From the NCBI GenBank assembly GCA_024704765.1, contig JAKMXF010000222.1, forward strand, positions 496,001 through 560,000: 64,000 bases of DNA, in the 5' to 3' direction. A model generated the notes under the pieces. That model had not been told where the DNA came from and ran no database searches. It was given only the letters and a program-made list of their open reading frames with translations. This stretch comes from Oopsacas minuta. Taxonomy: Eukaryota; Animalia; Porifera. The position numbers and the translations under genes are program-made. The stretch's first letter is position 1. Each line of letters starts with the position of its first letter. Shown one piece after another: positions 39,001 through 48,000 of the stretch.

Positions 39001-42000
39001 CATCTGACCATTAATTATAATAGAAATTCTGAATAATTGGTGCGGCGAGCGCCGCACTGCTCCTACGGCCCTGCATTAGGATTCAGATCGAGATCCTTTA
39101 CGAGTGATCGATCCATTTGAAAAAGTAGGATTGTGATCGGGATCAAAACTCAAATTTTCTGAAAAATCCAAATTTTTTACAAGTACAGTCAAAACCGGCT
39201 ATTTCTTACACCTGGACTTTAAATTTCTTACTTGATAGTGGTATCAAAACCTAGTATTATATGTAGTGTTTGCAATCACGGGGTGTATTACTAATCCCGT
39301 GATTCAGTATTGACCCGATGCTTAATCCCAGATTGAATATTGCAAGTTATATTATGCTAGCGCGCTTTGCTTGCTAGGATGCTGCGCGACAGCTTGGTGC
39401 TTCAGTTAGGTTAAGTATTAAACAGAAAAGTTTCCTAATGCTTTTGGTCGCTACGCGACGGGATAAACTCAGCAATTCATGCATGGTGTTTTAATATAGC
39501 AGAATTTTTAATATATTATTGTCCATTGTCCATCCAAATTACATTCAATAGCCTTCTGTGGTGACACTGGGAGAATATTCGGATAAGGCATATATCGGTT
39601 AGTGCGTACTATTTTTTGTTCCCCGAGGGGACTGTCTCATCTGAGTTAACTGTAATTGTTTTCATCAAGTATCGTGGTTTTATGTCTTTTTGTGAAATTA
39701 TACTTACCAAGCATTAAATTTACTAGGTAAAAATCCTATCTACGTAGTTAATACGAGTGGCATATCTTTGCAATAAATCAATTTAAGGGATATTTTGAAC
39801 CTCAGTATCTAGTAGTTAATAAGCTGCAGTAATCTCTTGTAAGTGCTTCTGACACCGGTTCATTCGTTTTAAGCGGTATTCCGTTGTAAGTGAAGTCAAA
39901 TCAATTATTTACTAGATATTGGGGGCAAAGAATCATTCGTTATAACTGGAGTTTCGTTATGTCTATCTTTGTTATAACTTAGAACGGAAATTTACTTTAC
40001 TGCGTATTAAGCTACTATTTAACCCTTTACCTGCTCGTCAGTCATCTATGACTGACATACTGAAATCCCCTATTTTATGTTTCAATAGAATGGCCAGTAT
40101 ATATATATATATATATTCATATTCTACCTTATTAGCAGACCATGTGGACAAAGAAATGGCTTGGTAATTTAGTATAAGTCGAGTGAGCTAAGGAGGTCAC
40201 GGGGGTTCGGGATCGCCTTCGCTCATTAAAGAAATAGAATCGCTAAACATCTCTAAGTCTCGAAGACTGCGAGGTGTATATGACTAGTCTGTTGACTAGA
40301 TAACTCATCATCATGAATAGATTTAATCCTTAGGTGAATGGAACAATAACTAATGACAAGATTTTGAAAACATACATTGAATCAAGCAAAATCGAAGAAT
40401 CAATGAAAAATCATCATGGAAAATGCTGTGTAATCATGAATAATGCTGTGTAATCGTGTAAAATGTTGTCTAATTATCAAAGTGTTTCTAAGTCAAAGTT
40501 TAGATCATAATAAGTTGAAAAAACTGTGAATAATGAGTATAGAGGAATTTGAAGTCACGCTAGGACACAAAATATGGCAGAAAATGGCTTATAGCATAGG
40601 CATGGATGGTTTGTTCATGGCTGTTAATTGGTTAAACAGACTTATCAAGTATTAAGGAATAAAATTAGAGAATTTTTTACTGTTGTTTCGTTGTTTTACA
40701 AGTATTTCAAGTAGAGAACGCTAGAAAAATGTATTCAAACTACGTAGTTCCTTTGTTTAGTGGATTATGGATGAATCTTACATGTGAATCTGACTAGGAT
40801 AGTGTCGTAAGAAGCTTGAAATTCCTAAATATATTCAGAAAGCTAGTATTTTTGTACACAACGGCACTGTTCATAAATATGTGCGTTGAGATGTAAGTAC
40901 ACTTGCCCCTACCATACATTAAAGCCGATAAATTGTAAATTACTAGTTTCAAGAGCTTGTAACAATAACAGGCTTCAAAACCTAGCAGAAAGTTAGTTTT
41001 TAGCCTCATAAAGAGGTCTTTTTACTCAGTAAGTTAACTAGAAATACAGACACTTAATCCTTTTTCTAATTTATTTAATTGCTCAGATAGTAAAGATTGT
41101 GGTATTTACATTCATTTTCAATCGGTTTTTTATTACTTTACTTCCATGCAAAGAAATCAACTGTAATATAATAGAAGAGTAAATAGTAATAATTCGATAA
41201 ATATCCCATTTAACAACCAGAATATGCTCCATATAGAAATTATTAAAATGTTCTAGCTCCATGCGCCTATGGAAGTAGGGATGCTCCAGCGCGGAATAGT
41301 ACTTGGGCACCAGTACTTTTAATAACTTCAATAGGCGCATGTGCCTAATACATTTTAGCATATGCCATATACTGCTTTGTTGGATACGTTCCTCACTTCT
41401 TCCATATTAGAATTTATATTGCACTGCAGATGGGACTATGAGACTCTATGACAGTATCTCATTTGTTAAATTTTATCTATTCTGTAGTGGATCTACAAAT
41501 AATTCCCTCTTCATATGAAGCAAACAATCAACTAACTATAGAATGCTCTACTAACGATGTTTCCAATCCATCTATTAGTCTAATTGTTGGAGATCAGCTG
41601 TACTCAAACACAAACTCAAATTCTCTACAAACTACCTTCTCCAGCTGGAATTATTCTACCTACAGTTATATCTGTATAGCTTATAACTCTGTAGGAGGAG
41701 CATCTGACATTGCAACACTTGATATAGAGAGTAAGTGTTCTCAATATTACAATAGACTCTCACATATTCCATACCACAAACTATACAATTGGCAGTATGT
41801 CCAGAGGCATAGACTCGGTGTATGGTTCTGTAGGCCATTGGAGCCATGATAATAGGATTGGTAGGGCCATAGCCTCGTCAACCCTACCGGCGCCTACGCC
41901 CATGATTTTATGTAAGTCTTGGCAGAATTTCCTATGTAACCTTGCATACTCCTGGATGAGCAAAATAACGAAGCAATTAACCATCAATTATAATTCGTTT

Positions 42001-45000
42001 CGATATAGATAAGTTCGTGACAGTTCGTCCTATGCCATCACGGATATGTTATTTACTGTCATCAACAAAATCTTCAATTATCACCAATTCTGGCTGCTTT
42101 GTATTTTAGAGCAAATTGTCCAAATTAATTTATTTCTATCCAGTATAATCTAGTAAATACATACATACACAAGAGGACTGCCAAAATTCGTACTCCTTAT
42201 CAAGAGTAACGTCTTAACCGTGTTCGTATTAACAAAACTCTACTGTATTTATGTTTGTTTACTGTATTTTAGTTCCCAATGGCCTTCCTGTTAACTATAG
42301 TCTCACAGTTCAGAGTTCAGAATCAATACTTGTAGAGTGGGAGCGTTCTGTTGGTAGTAATATAGTACTAATTAGTTACAGAGTCGTTTATCAGGGAATT
42401 TTATTCGATACAATGCAATACACAGCTACTACGACAGATACAGATGTTATTCTGGAGAACTTGAGTCCATTCACAAACTACAGTGTGTATATAATTGCAA
42501 ATACTCCATCTAATAGTAGCCAAACTGATGTGAAAATCGCAACTACATTCCAATACCGTGAGTAATTATTTGCACTAACAGTTTGTACGTACTTCTAAAT
42601 TCAAGTAGTTAGATACAGTGAATGCCCATTATATTATATTACCCACTGAGAGTAGTAATACATGTCTTGTAACCTGCAAAAATATTCATGAATATATGAG
42701 TACCAATTTCCAAAGGATAGTGCTTATATCTGGCCTGTTCTAATATCCTCTGCTCTTATAACCGACATGAACTATATCAGGATTACCAACATAACACAAA
42801 AATCAAATGAATATATTCAACAAATTCTCTCTCCTTAGCTCCTACTGAGTCTCCACAGAATATCACTGCTATACCTGTAAACTCAACTACAATTCTCATA
42901 AACATGTATCCTCCTTCTGTTAACCATCAGAATGGACCCATTAGGAACTATTCAATATCCTATCAACAAGGAGAACAAGAAGTAACAACATTCATTATTC
43001 TTAATACAATGGGAACTTATCCACTTGAAATATCTAGTCAGATTTATGTATCTTCACTTCTACCATTCACCAACTATACTTTTACTATTTTTGCTACTAA
43101 TGATGCTGGTTCTAGTCCTAATGTATCTGTCATAGAAGGAACTAATCCAGCTGGTATGTTTAAATGTGTTTATATTTATGAGACACATTTTGAACCACAT
43201 GATAGACTTTAAATGACCTTATCTATGAGAGCAGTTATAAGATACATATCATATATTATGTTCTTCAATGATTTACACTCTCCTGAGAGTATGTATCTGC
43301 TTTATTTATATAATTCTTCTTGTAGCACCTTCTCAACCTCCTCAGAACATTACAGCTTACTCCAACAGTGCTACTTCTATAACTGTAGCATACTATCCTC
43401 CTCCCTATTTCTATCAGAACGGTATCATCACGAGATATCTCATAACAATACAAGGAACTCCATTTGATTCAGAATTGAAAGAAATATCTGTACCAGTGAA
43501 TTTACCTGTCTATCCATTGTCGGAAGAAGGTAGATATATCTTCACACAACTACACGCTTATAACACATACTCTATTAGAGTTACAGCTGTTAACAGTGTG
43601 GGAGCAGGTCCTACCAGTTCCCCTATTACTGCAACTACACTACAATCAGGTAATTAATTCCCTTAAACAAGATATTTACTGATTATTTTCTCTTAAAATA
43701 CAAAAATTAGTCAGTTTCACTGACACATCAGAAGTGCAACTCAAAGTTCTTTTCCATAAATTTCCTTTTAATAACATTTGTAATTAACCGCTTGGATTAT
43801 TCATTATTTTCCTGGATCTGTGAAATATGATTAATATGCATTAAATTCTTTAGATTGAATTTGTAAATTAAGAATATGGAATATCAACTTTATACTTTAT
43901 ACGTCTGATTACTCTTCTTGCCTTCAAATTTTCGGAATCACTCTAATAGCCTAGAGACATTCTGCTAAGAGTGGCATTTCCCTATTTCGTCTTATTTCTA
44001 TAAATTGCTTATATCAATGGTATTCTATTATTTAGCTCCTACTGAGTCCCCACAGAATGTTACAGCTATTCCTATAAGCTCCACTTCTATTCTCTTAACC
44101 TGTCTTCCTCCTTCTCCCACTCTACAGAATGGACCTATTCGAAACTTTACAATACTCTATTACTCTGAATGGAATTCTGATATCATTGAGACAGCATCAA
44201 TATTGATAGATTCAAGTGAATCCTATCCATTCATGTTGTTAAGTCCAATTGTAATATCTTCACTACAACCATACACCAAATATACATTTAGTATAATTGC
44301 TATTAATGATGCTGGAGAAAGTCCCAATGTTACAGTTACAACCAGAACACGCATAGCAGGTATATAGATATTTGTATTTGTGTTGTTTCCTAACATTGTT
44401 TGATTTCTGAATCTTTCTAGCTCCTACTGAGTCTCCACAGAATATCACTGCTACAACTATAAACTCTACTACAATTCTCATAAACATGTATCCTCCTTCA
44501 GTTAACCATCAGAATGGACTCATTAGAAACTATTCAATATTCTATCAACAAGGAGAACAAGAAATAACATTATTCATTATTCTTAATACAATGGGAACTT
44601 ATCCACTTGAGATATCTAGTCAGATTTATGTATCTTCACTTCTACCATTCACTAACTATACTTTTACTATTATTGCTACTAATGATGCTGGTTCTAGTCC
44701 TAATGTATATATCATGGAAAGAACAAATCCAGCTGGTACGTTTCCCAATTCTCATATGAATTTGTAGTTGGAGTTTGTTATAATTGTCCTTGTAAATAGG
44801 CACTATTTATTACTAAGAATATAATTTATTCATTAAAATTTCTTATCCAGCCCAACCTCGGTAATACGAACACTAATGAATGGTTAAAATTTGTATTGCA
44901 TTATCTGCATTTGGTATTAACTGAAGTTATATCAATTGAATAGCCATTGTAGTGGCTTAAATCAATTTTTGTAAATACTTCGCTGATCGTCTTATCCGAC

Positions 45001-48000
45001 ATTCGTATTAACCGTATACGTATTGTTCTGGTACATATGACCACCCCTGCATGATCGGTCCTTTGGACTAAATGTACAAAACCTATGAAGATTTGGTACT
45101 TGTAGTCCCTCCGTATGTGCCAGAACAGTATTAACGAGGTTCCACTTTACTTATACTAATTAATTATTTAATTTCATTTACAGATTCCGTACCAATCATT
45201 ACATCTCCCCTGTCAGACAAGGTGTTAAATCCTGAGCTTTCCTTAACATACATCGAGCAATTTATCTGTGAAGCTACTGGATATCCTCCCCCTACTATCC
45301 TCTGGTACTCTAATAACGAGCCTGTAACAACTGGAGCTACGCTTACCCTTACTACCAGTAATGTAACTGACGGGAAAGAATACGTTTGTCAAGCTGAAAA
45401 TGATTTGGGATCTGACAGCCGAATAATTATTATCGCCATTGACCCTACTGATATTGCCATTAACAATGTTCTGGATGATATTGCTATTGTCTTGGATAAT
45501 CCATCAGAATTTGATCCAAATCAAGTTGGCCCTATAACAATTTTAATTTCCAATATTCTTCCTAATATTACAGATATTGATATATCAGAAATTGATGGGG
45601 TAAAGGATACATTAGCTAATACAGCTGACATCCTTGATGATCTCTTTGATGTTATTACTGATAATGATACAGCTATTTCACTGGATGATGCAGGTGATAT
45701 AGTTAATACAGCTGGAGACATTATTAACAAAGATTCTGAATTAGAAGATATTTCTATTAACACAGATCTATCAACTCAACAAATTAATATGGTAATTGGT
45801 AAATAATGAATTATCAATCCGCGGCTATTATAGTTAAACTGAAACAGGGATGGTGAAAAAATGCAGTTAACAGCCAATTTTGCTGTTTGCTGTTAACAAC
45901 TACAATTTTCCAAGAAATTAACAATTTGATTTTGCAGTTATTCTAGCTTTTAAACCAACAATTTATTGCCGTTATAGCCTAATTCGAATTGCTAAAAACC
46001 AATTTGAACTCTTAATATAGGTAATATAGTATATAGATAGAGGCAGTAACAAGCAGTTCAAAATTTTTCAAGTTAACCTATGAATTTATATCAACCACCT
46101 ATGTTGGTCTTGTCGAAACCTGAACAACCTGATGGCCTAGAGATATGAGAGTTGAAATTTAAGTTAGCGATAGCTGTTAACACCACGAATGTCCTTTAGC
46201 TGTTTCCCTCTCTGGCTGAAGGGATCAATTAAGTCCTCAAATATATTCAAGAGGACGCAATTTTCATTACAGGAATCAAATTTGTAGATTATCGTGAAAA
46301 ATTTCTCAACGGCAATATTATTTTCATCGATCCCTACTTTTACTCACGTTACTGTATATGTACGTGTAATATTACGTACAAGCATTGTAACATGTTAGCA
46401 CAGTGTATCCGCTTAATATCATACCTATAGGCAAATGTTAATCCCTGTATTCTATAATCTGGGAAGTTTCCCGCCCGGGATAATCTGGGAATCCAATTCG
46501 TATGCGTTGTAGTATGTTAAAGTGCTCAGTACTAACTGGCAATACATGTAGACACATATGCAAACGAGTTTGTTCACACTGTTCAGTTATGCGTGCTACA
46601 CAGTTATATTTCCACGTGTTTCCTTCTAACAGATTTCCACTCTTAACCTTCAAACTTGAATTCAATTATCCGGGAAGGATACCAAGTCTGACCACATTAT
46701 TATGGCAATAACCGAGTTTTTTTATCAATGAAGTAACGAAAATGGTTTTGAATTAGAACTTTTTATGGTAATAAGCTGGTTATCCTATTAAGCGGTATGA
46801 TAATATACGGGATTCATTGTAATAATAGCTCAGGGGCCTAGAAATATTATACGTAGGATACATCTGTTGTTATAGATAGGTTGATTACCTGGCTATTATT
46901 GAGACCCAAGATTAGGACTGTATTTCAGTGGCTAATAGGTAGGCGGTTATGTACGGTTAATCGCTATAGTTTAAATACAATTAGAAATTTTAAATTTCAG
47001 ATCTATTATTGTGGAAGATATCATGTTTATATTTTGTTATCTGTAGGGCGGAATTGCAATTGCTTCAGATGCTTTAGTTATTGCATTACTAACTATTGAA
47101 AAAGTATGCCATAACCTAGGCCTGAATTACTTCAAAGATGCTCTTATTCAGGATACTTTTGTTGTCAATAGGACCCATGTGAATATCTATGGAGCTAATA
47201 TTCCTATCTCTAACCAATTAACTGATGAAACTTTTCCATTAAATGAGAATTCGGAAAATAATATTATTATTCCAGAAAACGTGATAAGAGACCTGGCAGG
47301 TGATCAACTTAGCATGAAAGTAAGTAATACTTTTGATTATTTAATTGAAATTCTATGTTATCAAACTATGCATTACAATACTATTAAATGCAATCAACCT
47401 TACTGCTTTTATGAAAATATGTCAAAAGTCTCGAGATTATATAATAAGAATATCATATCAAAGGAAACTTTTTGGTCTCACCAAATTCGGAATAGCGAGG
47501 GTTGACTGTGTGTATGTGTCTATCTTTCTTCTAGGTTGTCATGGCTATTGTTGGAAAGTACGGAACTAAAGATTCTAATATCCACGAAACTGGTCTCGAG
47601 CAAGATTCTAAAATAGTGACGATAGTTATACCTGGCCGTAACGAGAGTGTATCATTGGTAGAGAATGTATGTTACAATATTATTATTAATTATATTAATT
47701 AACAATATACACATACGACGAAATTTGATTAACGAATAAGTAGGAATTTGACCAAAAATGTAACCCCTTATGAGTAACCGGGCTAATCCAAGAAAATTCT
47801 GTCCACAAATCTAGCATTATTTTATACAACGATGGAACTACATACAGAGTGTGGCTTATCGATCATCCAATAAATGTATGTACTTTATCCTCTATAGCTA
47901 CCCAGAACTTGGACAAATTCCTATTCCAATAGTTTCTTTAATATGGGATTTGGATGAATATTGTGTGTATACAAAAACACTATTCATACCCGAATTTATT

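Noticed and set aside
40400-40480. Short 19-20-bp tandem (AATGCTGTGTAATC...) as a functional array
   Set aside because: Only about three degenerate copies in an intron; ordinary slippage duplication.
47851-47962. YPELGQIPIPIVSLIWD as the GPS C-x-F-W exon
   Set aside because: Needs a phase-2 acceptor incompatible with the phase-0 donor at 47666 or a 22-nt intron; the 48036 acceptor gives a clean in-frame LVEN|ATIIF...WSING...HFTSF.
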